64,000 bases of DNA from Gemmatimonadales bacterium (GCA_041615815.1 JBFJCP010000017.1:34104-98103); one strand, 5' to 3'; positions 49,315-59,018 are shown, counted from the stretch's first letter. A program made the numbers and translations. Notes: generated from the sequence alone by a model not told the origin.

Positions 49315-50079
49315 TCACTGCTCCCCGCGCCCGACTTCCCGCTCCCCCCTGGCGAGCCGTCGGCCGATCCCGCTCCACACCCTTCGCCCTAATTGGCGTG
49401 ACCGGCGAGCGAGTCGATCCCACGCCAACCGCCATGCGGGGTACGGATGCACCCTGGCGACGTATTCCTCGAGCTCGTGGGCAATGGCCTCCACACCGTG
49501 GATTGTGCGCTCGTGATACGTAAACTGGCCGTCCCAGAAGAGCCACTGGACTTTCTCCGCCTCCGAGAGGTTTCGCAGATAACGCGACGGAAACGACAAT
49601 CTCCACTGGCTGTGGATCATGTGGTACTTCATCAGGAAAGTCACGGCACCGTCCTCGATGTCGATCAGCCACCGATGGTGCGACCATCCCACGAGCCCTG
49701 GCTCCACGCCGCGGCTGGATTCAGCCTGTCGAGATGGAACCTCCAGGTAGCCTCGCTTGGCGATTCGGGTCATCTCCGCACACACCCAAAGCGGGTCGCG
49801 GACGTCTTCCAAGGTGTGTGAGCAAATGACGAAATCGATCTCCTTGTCGCCAAAGGGATACGGGGTACGATCGCAGATGTCACGGTGGATCCACGTCTCC
49901 CGCCGGAACATCTCCCGGGTCCCGCCCTGCGCCGCCCCATAGTACCCGCGGGTTTCGAACGGCTCGGCATCCATCACGTAGTTTGCCCGGTTGAACGGTC
50001 GGGCCCACCCGCCAATGTCGAGCACCGTGTCCGACGGCCCAATGCGTGCGAGCACCTTCGGTTCGTTGGACTCGAACAT
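49315..50079 (-). CDS. Class I SAM-dependent methyltransferase
   Basis: VLDIGGWARPF, DFVICSHTLED and GYLEVPS. GGAG ribosome-binding site. Confidence 0.82.
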   Translation of the reverse strand: MFESNEPKVLARIGPSDTVLDIGGWARPFNRANYVMDAEPFETRGYYGAAQGGTREMFRRETWIHRDICDRTPYPFGDKEIDFVICSHTLEDVRDPLWVCAEMTRIAKRGYLEVPSRQAESSRGVEPGLVGWSHHRWLIDIEDGAVTFLMKYHMIHSQWRLSFPSRYLRNLSEAEKVQWLFWDGQFTYHERTIHGVEAIAHELEEYVARVHPYPAWRLAWDRLARRSRQLGRRVWSGIGRRLARGEREVGRGEQ

Positions 50080-50081
50080 GG

Positions 50082-51728
50082 CTACTCCGCAGGGTCTCCC
50101 AGGGCCCGATCGTCGGGCTCGGGGTCGATGAGGTTGTGCGTGCCAGTCACGCTCGCGGCATCCGCCGCGTCGGCCGTGCTCACCCCACCAGTCTCGACCT
50201 CCGGTGCCGCCGTGGAGCGGAGAACGATCCGTTGCAGTCTGGCGAGTCGTGGTCGGAGGTACGTCCCCAGGGGATCCCTTAGCGCGATCGGGAACATGAG
50301 GCCGGCGTACACGAGGCCCGTGACGAGCGTCGCCAGCACGAGCGTGGCCAGGCTGTCGGGAGTCCACACCGTGGGCATCACCGCGGCTGGGAGCACGATG
50401 AGCGCGAAGCGCCACGCCCAGGGCCACAGCCCGACCATCAGGCGGCCGGTGGAGACGCCCATGTCCCTGGCAAGGGCGGCCAGGTTGGCGGGAAGTCCCA
50501 CAAACACGGCGCCCACGGCGGCACCGATCGCCGCACCGATCAGACCCAGCTGTGTCACGAGCACGATCGACGCGGTCACGGTGACCGCACCGTCAGCCAG
50601 CGTGGTCAGCGAAATGCGGCGATCGTGGCCGAAGGAGAACAAGGAATAGACCGCGGTCACGTTCCAGTGCCGGAGCAACATGCCACCCGCCAGCACCGCC
50701 GTCAGACCGAAGCCGCCGTACTGTTCCGGCCCGACCCACCAATTGACGAATCCCTCGTTGACCACGAGCACGATACAGACGATTCCGCCACTCATGATGA
50801 GAATGGCTTTCGTCAGCGCCATACAGACCACGACGAGCCGTTCGCGCGATTCGCCCGTGCGGAGCTCGCTCAACGCGGGTTGGGCGGTTTCGGCCATCAT
50901 GAGCGGCTGGTGTCCCAACACGGTCAGGACCTTTGCCGTACAAAAATAGGGGACCACTGCTCCCGGCCCGAGGAACTTGCCGATGATCAGCAAGTCCGTA
51001 CCGCTGAGAAGCACCTGCGCCACCTGGGCCACGCTGATCCACGCACCGCGGGACAGCCGGTCCCGAATACGCGTCCCGTCCATTTTGGGGAGTCTCGACG
51101 GTACGACCTGCGGGTACCGACGGCGGATCCGCACCCACCAAATCAACGCGGCGAGCACCTGACTGGCGCTCCATCCAATCGCGAGGGCATAGAGGCCAAA
51201 GCCGGCGATGATGAGCACCACGGTTGTCGCCGTACTCACCAGCCACGTGGCCGTCGTCACGCCTCCCAGAAACGCCAGGTCCTGGAGCCCCGTCAGGGTC
51301 CCGTGGAGTGTGCGGGCGGGGAAGGTGAGCACGAACGCGCCCATCACGATGGCGAGCGGCTGGCTCAGTGGTTCCCACTCCGCGGGAAGGGCAAGCCAGA
51401 TGCCGAGCGCTGCCAGCGCCACGACGGGCATCTGCCAGAACACCACCCGCACCGTTCGGCCCACGAGGTCGGGCAGCTCAGCGGCGCGGGTGACGCCACC
51501 GGCTCGACCCACCGCAAACGCCGTTTCCCGCGGCAGCAGTGCGACGATCCCGAGGTCGAGCAACAGGAGGTACCCCAGGATACGGGTACCCACGAGCCAG
51601 AGCCCGTAGTCGACCTGTCCGAGGCGATCGATGAGAAACGCGGTCAGCCACAGGCCCACCAGCGTGACCAGCGCCTGGTTGACGTAGCCGAACGCCAGCC
51701 CGCTCAGGAACCTCCGTGTGCGAGTCAC
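50082..51728 (-). CDS. Wzx oligosaccharide flippase
   Basis: LGQVDYGLW...LLDLGI, TDLLIIGKFLG and about 12-14 TM segments. Confidence 0.85.
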   Translation of the reverse strand: MTRTRRFLSGLAFGYVNQALVTLVGLWLTAFLIDRLGQVDYGLWLVGTRILGYLLLLDLGIVALLPRETAFAVGRAGGVTRAAELPDLVGRTVRVVFWQMPVVALAALGIWLALPAEWEPLSQPLAIVMGAFVLTFPARTLHGTLTGLQDLAFLGGVTTATWLVSTATTVVLIIAGFGLYALAIGWSASQVLAALIWWVRIRRRYPQVVPSRLPKMDGTRIRDRLSRGAWISVAQVAQVLLSGTDLLIIGKFLGPGAVVPYFCTAKVLTVLGHQPLMMAETAQPALSELRTGESRERLVVVCMALTKAILIMSGGIVCIVLVVNEGFVNWWVGPEQYGGFGLTAVLAGGMLLRHWNVTAVYSLFSFGHDRRISLTTLADGAVTVTASIVLVTQLGLIGAAIGAAVGAVFVGLPANLAALARDMGVSTGRLMVGLWPWAWRFALIVLPAAVMPTVWTPDSLATLVLATLVTGLVYAGLMFPIALRDPLGTYLRPRLARLQRIVLRSTAAPEVETGGVSTADAADAASVTGTHNLIDPEPDDRALGDPAE

Positions 51729-51771
51729 CGTGGATCGCGTGACGGCCGGGAGAGGCGGAGCCAGATGGATG

Positions 51772-52857
51772 TCATCCGCGGTAGCTCTCGAGACACCGCT
51801 CAACCACCTTTGGCCAGGTAAACCGTTCGAGCACCCGCTTGCGAGCGGCCACACCCATGCGCCGCGTCTGTTCGGGATGATCGGTCAGCCAGCGGATTTT
51901 TTCACCCAACGCCGCGGGATCGTTGGGTGGCACGACGAACCCGCTCACCCCATCCTCCACGACTTCGGGCAAGCTCGCCACATCCGTCGCCAGCCCCGGG
52001 GTCTCGCACGCCATCCCCTCGAGCAATGTCTGCCCCAGGAGTTCGGGGACGCGTGATTCATCGTCATAGACGGTTCGATACACGCTCGGAAGCACGATGC
52101 AGAGCGCGCGGCGGTACGCGGCCACCAGCTCGGCGTCGCTCGCGCCCTGTCGAAACGTGACCGGCTTACCGGCGGCCAGACGCGTGAGATCGTCGAAGTA
52201 GCCTGCGTCGCTGGAGTCGCCCAGCACGGTGAGCGGTACCTGAGGCGGGATTCCTTCTATGAGGTAGTTCACGCCCTTGTGCGGAAGCAGGCGGCCCACG
52301 AAGAGTACCTCGCCGCTCCGGGTGGTCGAGGGCTCCGGTGAGAACCGGTCGGCGTCCACACCACCGGAGATGACGCGCGCGCGCGCATCGTGGGCATGGC
52401 CGAACACCTGTTGACTGTAGTGGCTGATGTGCAGATGGGCGTGATACCATCGATCGGTCGAGACGTAGGCCGATATGTCCCATCCACCGCCCCCCAGATC
52501 GGTGACGAACACCCGCCGCCCGGTGAGGCGTGCGTAGAGGGCGGCCACGCTGCTCGCCAGGATATGTTGTTGGTGGCAGTGGACCACCGATCCCCATCGC
52601 AGCTCACGCAGGAGCTTGAGTGAGAACGGATTGAATCGCTCGCCTCGCACCAGCCAAGGGTTCCCCAGCACTCGAATCTCCAAATTGCCGTCCGATTCCT
52701 GGCGGTCGGTTTCGCCGAAGGTGACGAGACGGGTGGGCACCTGCTGCGCCATGTGGCGGGCGAGTTCGAGCACGTATCGCTCGGCCCCACCAAGAACGCC
52801 ACTGGGGCCGAAGAGAGCCGGAACGGTGTGGATGACGCGGAGCGGGGCGGAGGTCAA
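51772..52857 (-). CDS. Glycosyltransferase family 4
   Basis: GGAERY, FVGRLLPHKG and ELLGQTLLEGMAC. TTGA overlap. Confidence 0.9.
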   Translation of the reverse strand: MTSAPLRVIHTVPALFGPSGVLGGAERYVLELARHMAQQVPTRLVTFGETDRQESDGNLEIRVLGNPWLVRGERFNPFSLKLLRELRWGSVVHCHQQHILASSVAALYARLTGRRVFVTDLGGGGWDISAYVSTDRWYHAHLHISHYSQQVFGHAHDARARVISGGVDADRFSPEPSTTRSGEVLFVGRLLPHKGVNYLIEGIPPQVPLTVLGDSSDAGYFDDLTRLAAGKPVTFRQGASDAELVAAYRRALCIVLPSVYRTVYDDESRVPELLGQTLLEGMACETPGLATDVASLPEVVEDGVSGFVVPPNDPAALGEKIRWLTDHPEQTRRMGVAARKRVLERFTWPKVVERCLESYRG

Positions 52858-53858
52858 GGCTGCGGGGTAAGGATCTCGAGCAATCGTCGGTCCAGCGTCT
52901 GAGGATCGAGATGGACGCGGTACCATTGAACGCGCGCCGCACGGCTTTCGGGCGGATCGGGGGCGTGCCACCACTCCGCGGCCAGCCGCGCAAACTCCTC
53001 ACGCGTTTCCGCGAGCCTCATGGGGCTCATGCGATACATCGGATCCACCAGCGGTCCCTCCGACGATAGGGTGCGAGCTCCCGTGCTCATGGCTGCGAGC
53101 GCGGATGTCCGACGCCCGGTCATGCCGTCTACGAACGGTGCGAGGACCAGGGGGGCCGCCATGAGCGCCTCGAGGACCTCGGGCGCGGTGCGCCGGCCGC
53201 GCCAGTCCCAACGGTGGTCCGCCCATCGTCCCACGGTAGGGTGGTTGATGGCTGTGATAGCATCTGCCCCCACCACGACGAGACCGCGATCGATGGCCTC
53301 GACGCCCGCGACGATCCAGTCCCACGCGAGCCCCGCCGCAAAAGGGGAAAAAACGAGAGGAGCGTCAAGTGGTGCGGGCGGATTTGCCGGGGGGTCACCG
53401 AGCGTAGAGCTGACGGGGAGCACCTGCGCGTCATGGCCCAGCATCCGCTGCCACGCAGGAACCGGGGTGATCACGGCGTCACACAGCTTCATGAGCCGCC
53501 TGAGCTGGATCCGCTGCAGGGGAGAGAGAATCAGCCAGGGAAGTCGGGTAGGTGGTACCCAAGGCTCGTGCACGAAGACGACGACCCGCATCCTCTCGTC
53601 CCGTGCCGCCCGCGCCAGCCGTCCGGGGAACCGCGAGATCCCGCGCCGACCGAAGAGGAACGGGACGTACTGGATCAGGACCGAGCCGATCCCGGATGCC
53701 GTCCAGATGGCGGGGAGCTCCTCCGGAGGCGGGATCGTACCGAGCACGGTGACGTCGAGGCCCAGGGCGGACCAGTGGCGCACCAGGCGGGCGGTGTGAT
53801 CGGTTACGCCCCCTGGTGTGTGGGGGTAGCCGGGCGACGCGATGGCCACCGCCCTCAT
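52854..53858 (-). CDS. Divergent GT-B/GT4-like glycosyltransferase
   Basis: GGVTDHT, IQYVPF, VFVHEP and PFVDGMTGRRTSALAAM. Confidence 0.6.
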   Translation of the reverse strand: MRAVAIASPGYPHTPGGVTDHTARLVRHWSALGLDVTVLGTIPPPEELPAIWTASGIGSVLIQYVPFLFGRRGISRFPGRLARAARDERMRVVVFVHEPWVPPTRLPWLILSPLQRIQLRRLMKLCDAVITPVPAWQRMLGHDAQVLPVSSTLGDPPANPPAPLDAPLVFSPFAAGLAWDWIVAGVEAIDRGLVVVGADAITAINHPTVGRWADHRWDWRGRRTAPEVLEALMAAPLVLAPFVDGMTGRRTSALAAMSTGARTLSSEGPLVDPMYRMSPMRLAETREEFARLAAEWWHAPDPPESRAARVQWYRVHLDPQTLDRRLLEILTPQP

Positions 53859-53954
53859 GTGCCAGCCCAACGATGAAAGGGTGGCGCTCCGTTGACATTC
53901 GCGCGAGCGCTCCCTGTTTTAAGAGCGATCCTGCCGCTCTGGAGCACGTCGCGC

Positions 53955-55451
53955 GTGATCTCGTTTCTTCTGATCTTTCTCGTCGCCGCCCTCGCCTCGG
54001 GGATCTTCGTGCCGCTCATGTCGCTGCTTGCGCACCGCATTGGTGCGCTCGACAGCACACGTGAGCCTCCCATCCCGCGGGTGGGCGGCCCGGCCATCGC
54101 GTTGGGCGCCGTGGCGGCGCTCCTCCTCGTGGGACTTCTCTTCGCGCCCACCGGCAACACCCTCCGAGCCGGGATGCCATTCCTCGGTCCGGTCCTCCTC
54201 GGTGCGTTCGTCATTCTCCTCCTGGGCGTGTTTGACGACATTACGCCGCTCCCCGCGGCACCCAAGCTCGTCATCCAAGTGGTTGTGGCCGTGGGCATCT
54301 ACTTCATGGGTGTGCGGATCGAGATCCTGTCGCTCCCATTCGGAACCGTGGACTTGGGTGCAGCCCTCGGCCTCGGAGCTACGGTGCTTTGGCTCGTGGG
54401 CATCACGAACGCGTTCAACCTCCTCGATGGGGCGGACGGCGTGGCGGCGGGCTCGGCGTTCTTTGCGGCGGCAGCGATCTTCTTGACGTCGGTGCTCCTG
54501 GGCCATCCTGCCATCGGGCTCTTCACAGCCGCCCTGGCCGGTGGGATTCTCGGGTTTCTGCCCTTCAACTTTCCACCCGCCCGCGCGTTCCTCGGAGATT
54601 CTGGCAGCACCCTCGCCGGATTCCTGCTCGCCGGTCTCGCCGTGCAAGGCTCCACCAAGGGCCCCACCCTGGTGGCGATTGCCGTTCCGCTCGTCGCGTT
54701 TGCCGTGCCGGTGTTCGACACCACGATAACACTGCTCCGCCGCCTGGTGCGAGGTAAACCACTGTTCGCGCCGGACCGAGATCACGTGCATCACCGCCTT
54801 GCACGGGCCGGTTTTTCCCCCCGCCAGGTAGCCGGCGTGGTCTATGCCGCGAGTGCCGCGTTTGCCTTGACCGCCATGTTGTTCATCAATCCCGGCGGGC
54901 GCTCCCTTGCCGTAGCCTTCGTAGTGATCGGGGCAGGGGTATGGATGGTCGTGCGGTTTCTCCGATTGCACGAGCTCAACGAGTTGGGCCGGCTGGCCAA
55001 GCGGGGAGCGCTGCAACCCCGGGCCATTGCACTCAACGTCGAGCTCCGGCGAGCCAGCGAGCATCTGGAGCGGGTCGAAACCCTGGAAGACCTGCAAGAG
55101 GCTCTCGCCATCCTGCTCGAGCGCTCGGAGTTCGACGAGGTCGTGCTGATCGTGGCCCCCGCCGTCGATCGGCGCGGCAACGCGCGCTCGTGGCGGCTAG
55201 CCAACGGCCGTTTCGTCGAGGAATGGAGCCGACGCGATCGGGACGAATGGGAGGTAGTGTGTCCCTTTGGCGGAGATGGATGGAGTGGCGAGCTGCATCT
55301 GCGACGGCGGTTGGGGAGGCGCTCGCTGCTGCTGGATCTCAATCTCCTCCTCGAGCTGGTGCAACCGGCGCTGACGAAGGCGGCATCGCAGATTCAGGTT
55401 GGGGCGGTGTTTGCCGGGCTGTCCCACGAGCGTAAGCGGCCACGGCTGTGA
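53955..55451 (+). CDS. WecA/TagO (MraY family) polyprenyl-phosphate HexNAc-1-phosphate transferase with C-terminal extension
   Basis: PRVGG, GVFDD, NAFNLLDGADG, FLGDSG and DRDHVHHRL. Confidence 0.92.
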   Translation: MISFLLIFLVAALASGIFVPLMSLLAHRIGALDSTREPPIPRVGGPAIALGAVAALLLVGLLFAPTGNTLRAGMPFLGPVLLGAFVILLLGVFDDITPLPAAPKLVIQVVVAVGIYFMGVRIEILSLPFGTVDLGAALGLGATVLWLVGITNAFNLLDGADGVAAGSAFFAAAAIFLTSVLLGHPAIGLFTAALAGGILGFLPFNFPPARAFLGDSGSTLAGFLLAGLAVQGSTKGPTLVAIAVPLVAFAVPVFDTTITLLRRLVRGKPLFAPDRDHVHHRLARAGFSPRQVAGVVYAASAAFALTAMLFINPGGRSLAVAFVVIGAGVWMVVRFLRLHELNELGRLAKRGALQPRAIALNVELRRASEHLERVETLEDLQEALAILLERSEFDEVVLIVAPAVDRRGNARSWRLANGRFVEEWSRRDRDEWEVVCPFGGDGWSGELHLRRRLGRRSLLLDLNLLLELVQPALTKAASQIQVGAVFAGLSHERKRPRL

Positions 55452-55563
55452 GGAGTGGTTGTGTGACGCACCGTTTGTTCGTTGGCAGCATTCTGCGTCT
55501 CCGCAGTGGAACTCGAGGGTGAGAGCATGGAGTGACGCTGTGCCCGCCTCTACTCCCGACGAA

Positions 55564-56580
55564 ATGAAGTCCCGACCGCTCAATCCGTTCCGGCGTGCGG
55601 TGCGTCGGGCGATCTGGCAAACCCGTGCCGCGCGCCACTATCCACAGCTGTTGCCACCGCACCGGGTGACGGCGCGTGATTTTGCGGTCGCCTTGGCACA
55701 GGCACGGCGGATCGTTCGGGATCTCCTAGCCCTCGAGGCGATGCCCGAGAATCGCGACCAGGTGATCGCCTACAGCTCGGATTACTGGTTACAGGCGCGC
55801 CCGCGTTTGCAGCAGTATGTACTCGAGGATCTGAGTTGGACGTTCCAGCGCAGCCCGCTGTTGGGCAGGTATTTCGTGAATGCGGGCTCGGCGCCGAGCC
55901 ATCTGCCTGCGTATCGCGATTATCTGTTCTCCGCGAGCGACGCCCTGATGGAATGGGTCGAACGAGGTCCGGTCGAATCGCGGATCGGTTGCCCGTGGCT
56001 CCATCACGTGGAGCCCGGCCTCATTGCCAGCTCCATGACCATCGAGCATCTCTATTACATAGCCCGCATTCTCCGACATACCGAGCCGCGAGTGCCGGAC
56101 CCCGTTGTCGAGCTGGGAGGTGGATTGGGCAATCTCGCCCGAATTCACCGCTTGCTGGCTCCCGAGGCGGTATATGTGGACATTGACTACCCGGAGATGC
56201 TCGGCATCACGTTTCTGTATTTGAGGCTGAACTTTCCGGATTTGCCGATACGGGTTGCTCTCGAGTCGAAACCGGCGGTTGTCGAGAGCGGCGTCACCCT
56301 CCTGCCAGTGTGGCTGGTGGGCAATCTCGAATTCAAGACCGACCTATTCGTGTCCGCTTTGGCCCTCAGTGAGAGCGCGAACGCCCTGACGAGCGTTCTT
56401 GCCGCGTCCGACTTCCTCGGGTGCCGACGACTGTTCCTCTTGGGGAGTGACGACGTGGTGTTCCGGAGTGCGGGGACGATCCGCCGGGCGGTAGGCGCCC
56501 GGTTTGGGCCGCACACCTTTCATGAGTCGCCGAAGCCGGGGTGCTACGAAGCGCTTGCGTACCGTCAGGCGGTGCCGTGA
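55564..56580 (+). CDS. Putative sugar O-methyltransferase
   Basis: VVELGGGLGNLAR, YVDIDYPEM and DLFVSALALSE. Confidence 0.68.
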   Translation: MKSRPLNPFRRAVRRAIWQTRAARHYPQLLPPHRVTARDFAVALAQARRIVRDLLALEAMPENRDQVIAYSSDYWLQARPRLQQYVLEDLSWTFQRSPLLGRYFVNAGSAPSHLPAYRDYLFSASDALMEWVERGPVESRIGCPWLHHVEPGLIASSMTIEHLYYIARILRHTEPRVPDPVVELGGGLGNLARIHRLLAPEAVYVDIDYPEMLGITFLYLRLNFPDLPIRVALESKPAVVESGVTLLPVWLVGNLEFKTDLFVSALALSESANALTSVLAASDFLGCRRLFLLGSDDVVFRSAGTIRRAVGARFGPHTFHESPKPGCYEALAYRQAVP

Positions 56581-57707
56581 AGATCCTCCACCTCAGCAAG
56601 TTCTATCCGCCCGATCCCGGGGGTCTCGAGCACGTGGTGGCTCGATTGGCCGAGGGAGCCGCGGCGGCCGGGCACGAGGTGCGCGTGGTGTGCGCTACCG
56701 GGTCCAGCTGGTTGCGGGACCCCCGGAAGCGCGTCACGGAGCCGCCACGCAGGGGGGTGGCGGTGGTGCGGCTCCCCACCTACGGGGTGTGGTGGTCTCA
56801 GCCGCTCGCGCGGGGCTACGTGGCCGCATCGCGGTGGCCCGCGGATGTGGTCTATATCCACCGTCCCCATCCGCTGGCGGATCTGGCGTCTCTGCTCACA
56901 CCGCGGCGTCCCACGATCGTGTTTCACCATTCGGATATCCAGCGACAGCGACTCGTGCGGCTCGCCTACCAGCCGCTGACGCGCGCCGTGGCGCGGCGGG
57001 CGGATGCGGCGGTCGTGGCCACCGAAGCCAATCTCGATCACGCCGCGGACCTGGGCCGCGCGGGGAAGGAGAAGGCCGTCGTGATTCCCCTCGGCGTGGA
57101 TGCCAAACGCTTCGTGCCCATCGAAAACCCGTCGCGCCCCGCCATTTTCCCGTCCGTGGCTCGCGGCCCCGTTGGGCTCTTCGTGGGACGGTTGGTGGGG
57201 TACAAGGGACTGGACGTCCTGTTCCGCGCCGTGCAGGGGACCAATCTGCGTGTCGTCGTCGTGGGTGGAGGGCCGCTTCGCGAGCATCTCGATGCCGAGA
57301 TCCGCAGCGTGGGTCTGCGGGACAACATTCTCATGGTCGGAACCGTCAAAGACGACGAGCTCGCCGGGTATTACCAGGCGGCGCAATACTTCGTGCTCCC
57401 CAGTACCACACCCGCCGAGATGTTCGGGATCTCGTTGGTCGAAGCGATGGCCTGCGGCCGGCCGGTGATCTCGACCGATCTCACCACCGGGGTGCGTGAG
57501 GTGAATGAAGCCAACGTGACTGGGCTGGTAGTCCCGCGCGGCGACGCGGAGAGTCTGCGAGCGGCCATGAAACGACTGGCCGAAGATGAGGCGCTGTGCC
57601 GCCGGCTGGGCGAGGCGGCGAGACGGCGAGTGGAGGAGCGGTTCACGCTGGACCGCATGGTGGAACGGCACTTGGAGCTGTGCGAGGGAGTGGCGGGAAG
57701 GGGATAG
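56577..57707 (+). CDS. Glycosyltransferase family 4
   Basis: KILHLSKFYPPDPGGLE, VGRLVGYKG and EMFGISLVEAMACG. Confidence 0.92.
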   Translation: MKILHLSKFYPPDPGGLEHVVARLAEGAAAAGHEVRVVCATGSSWLRDPRKRVTEPPRRGVAVVRLPTYGVWWSQPLARGYVAASRWPADVVYIHRPHPLADLASLLTPRRPTIVFHHSDIQRQRLVRLAYQPLTRAVARRADAAVVATEANLDHAADLGRAGKEKAVVIPLGVDAKRFVPIENPSRPAIFPSVARGPVGLFVGRLVGYKGLDVLFRAVQGTNLRVVVVGGGPLREHLDAEIRSVGLRDNILMVGTVKDDELAGYYQAAQYFVLPSTTPAEMFGISLVEAMACGRPVISTDLTTGVREVNEANVTGLVVPRGDAESLRAAMKRLAEDEALCRRLGEAARRRVEERFTLDRMVERHLELCEGVAGRG

Positions 57708-57772
57708 GTTCGAACGGTGGAGCAGGGGAACGGAGGGAAGGGTCCGAGGCAACGCCGGCAGCTGGGGTGACA

Positions 57773-57807
57773 CTTCCAACCTTCTTCTAACCTTCAAACC
57801 TCCAACC
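57773..57807. repeat. Octamer tandem repeat (CTTCNAAC-like)
   Basis: cttccaac ctt cttctaac cttcaaac ctccaacc, with a purine-rich GGAA-periodic tract at about 57695-57742. Confidence 0.5.
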
Positions 57808-57916
57808 ACTTGCGTCCCTGAGAGCTGTGTCGCGATGGTCGGACGCCTCCGCATGTTGCGTCCTTTGGCCGGCGGCTGCGTCTTTGTGGGCACCTGAACA
57901 GCCAATGGAGGCTCCC

Positions 57917-58348
57917 ATGCGTCTGCAGCTGGCCCTGAACGTTCGCGATATCGACGAGGCCGTCACGTACTACTCGAAGCTCTTCGACGTCGAGCCGCAC
58001 AAGCGCCGCGATGGATACGCGAACTTCGCGATCGAATCGCCGCCGCTCAAGCTGGTGTTGTTCGAGAACCCCAAGGCAAGCGAGCGGCTCAATCACCTCG
58101 GGGTGGAGGTCTTCACCACCGACGACGTCGACCACGCGCAGGCACGTCTCCAGCGCGTCGGCATCCTCGACGAGGTGCAGCGCGGTGAGGTCTGTTGCCA
58201 TGCCACCCAGGACAAGGTCTGGTCGAGCCCGCTGGATGGGCTGCGCTGGGAGTGGTATCGGATCACCGACGATGATCCGGTGGAGGTCCCGCAAAGCGCT
58301 GGTACCGTCTGTTGCGCCGGGGACGGAGAGTCGCAATCGTGTTGTTAG
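57917..58348 (+). CDS. ArsI/CadI family VOC metalloenzyme (organoarsenical C-As lyase-like)
   Basis: MRLQLALNV, GYANFAIESPPLKLVL, LNHLGVEV, VCCHATQDKVW and WEWY. GGAGG ribosome-binding site. Confidence 0.88.
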   Translation: MRLQLALNVRDIDEAVTYYSKLFDVEPHKRRDGYANFAIESPPLKLVLFENPKASERLNHLGVEVFTTDDVDHAQARLQRVGILDEVQRGEVCCHATQDKVWSSPLDGLRWEWYRITDDDPVEVPQSAGTVCCAGDGESQSCC

Positions 58349-58359
58349 AGGCTCGAGAA

Positions 58360-58977
58360 ATGACGGTCATGGAACAGGCGGTCTCGGAGCAGGATCTGTG
58401 GCAGGCGTTGTCAACGCGGCTCCGCGCGTACGTGGGCGCCCGTGTGGCGCCCGCGTTCGTGGACGATCTCGTGGGCGAGATTCTGCTGCGCCTCGTCGAG
58501 CATCGGGCCGAGCTGGAGGGGGCAGAGCGTCCCTCCGCCTGGATGTTGCGGGTCGCGTCCAACGCCGTGACCGATCATTACCGGCGGCGGGCCGCCGAGC
58601 AACGGGCGCTGGACCGAGTCCGCGCCACCGCGGCACCGGCGACGCCGAACGACGGGTCGGTAGGTGACTCGGCGGCCACGCAGCTCGCCCGCTGTCTCAT
58701 TCCTTTCATTCACGCTCTGCCAGTGCCCTATCGAGAGGCCCTGTTGCTCACCGAAATCGAAGGAGTAACCCAGAAAGAGGCCGCGTCACGTCTGGGGATT
58801 TCGGTCTCCGGCATGAAATCCCGGGTGCAACGCGGGCGCGAGAAGCTCAAGCGGTCCCTGCTCGAGTGTTGCGAGATCCACGTGGATGCACGGGGCGGCG
58901 TCACGGACTATGAGCGCCGTCCGGAGCGGCCAGCCGGGGAGTGCGGACCGCAGGGATGCGCGGAGACCGGAGCTTGA
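58360..58977 (+). CDS. sigZ: ECF sigma factor, SigZ-like
   Basis: VDDLVGEI, AWMLRVASN..TDHYR and YREALLLTEIEG.TQKE...SGMKSRVQRGREKLK..LLECC. Confidence 0.82.
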   Translation: MTVMEQAVSEQDLWQALSTRLRAYVGARVAPAFVDDLVGEILLRLVEHRAELEGAERPSAWMLRVASNAVTDHYRRRAAEQRALDRVRATAAPATPNDGSVGDSAATQLARCLIPFIHALPVPYREALLLTEIEGVTQKEAASRLGISVSGMKSRVQRGREKLKRSLLECCEIHVDARGGVTDYERRPERPAGECGPQGCAETGA

Positions 58978-58997
58978 CCGGTTGATTGGGACCGATC

Positions 58998-59018
58998 CAC
59001 CCGACACCCGACACCCCT
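58998..59018. repeat. Heptamer repeat (CACCCGA)x2 plus CACCCCT between convergent genes
   Basis: Read directly from the sequence. Confidence 0.4.

Noticed and set aside
53892..53925. TTGACA as a -35 box for wecA
   Set aside because: The -35 is perfect but there is no credible -10 at 16-18 bp, so it is left uncalled.
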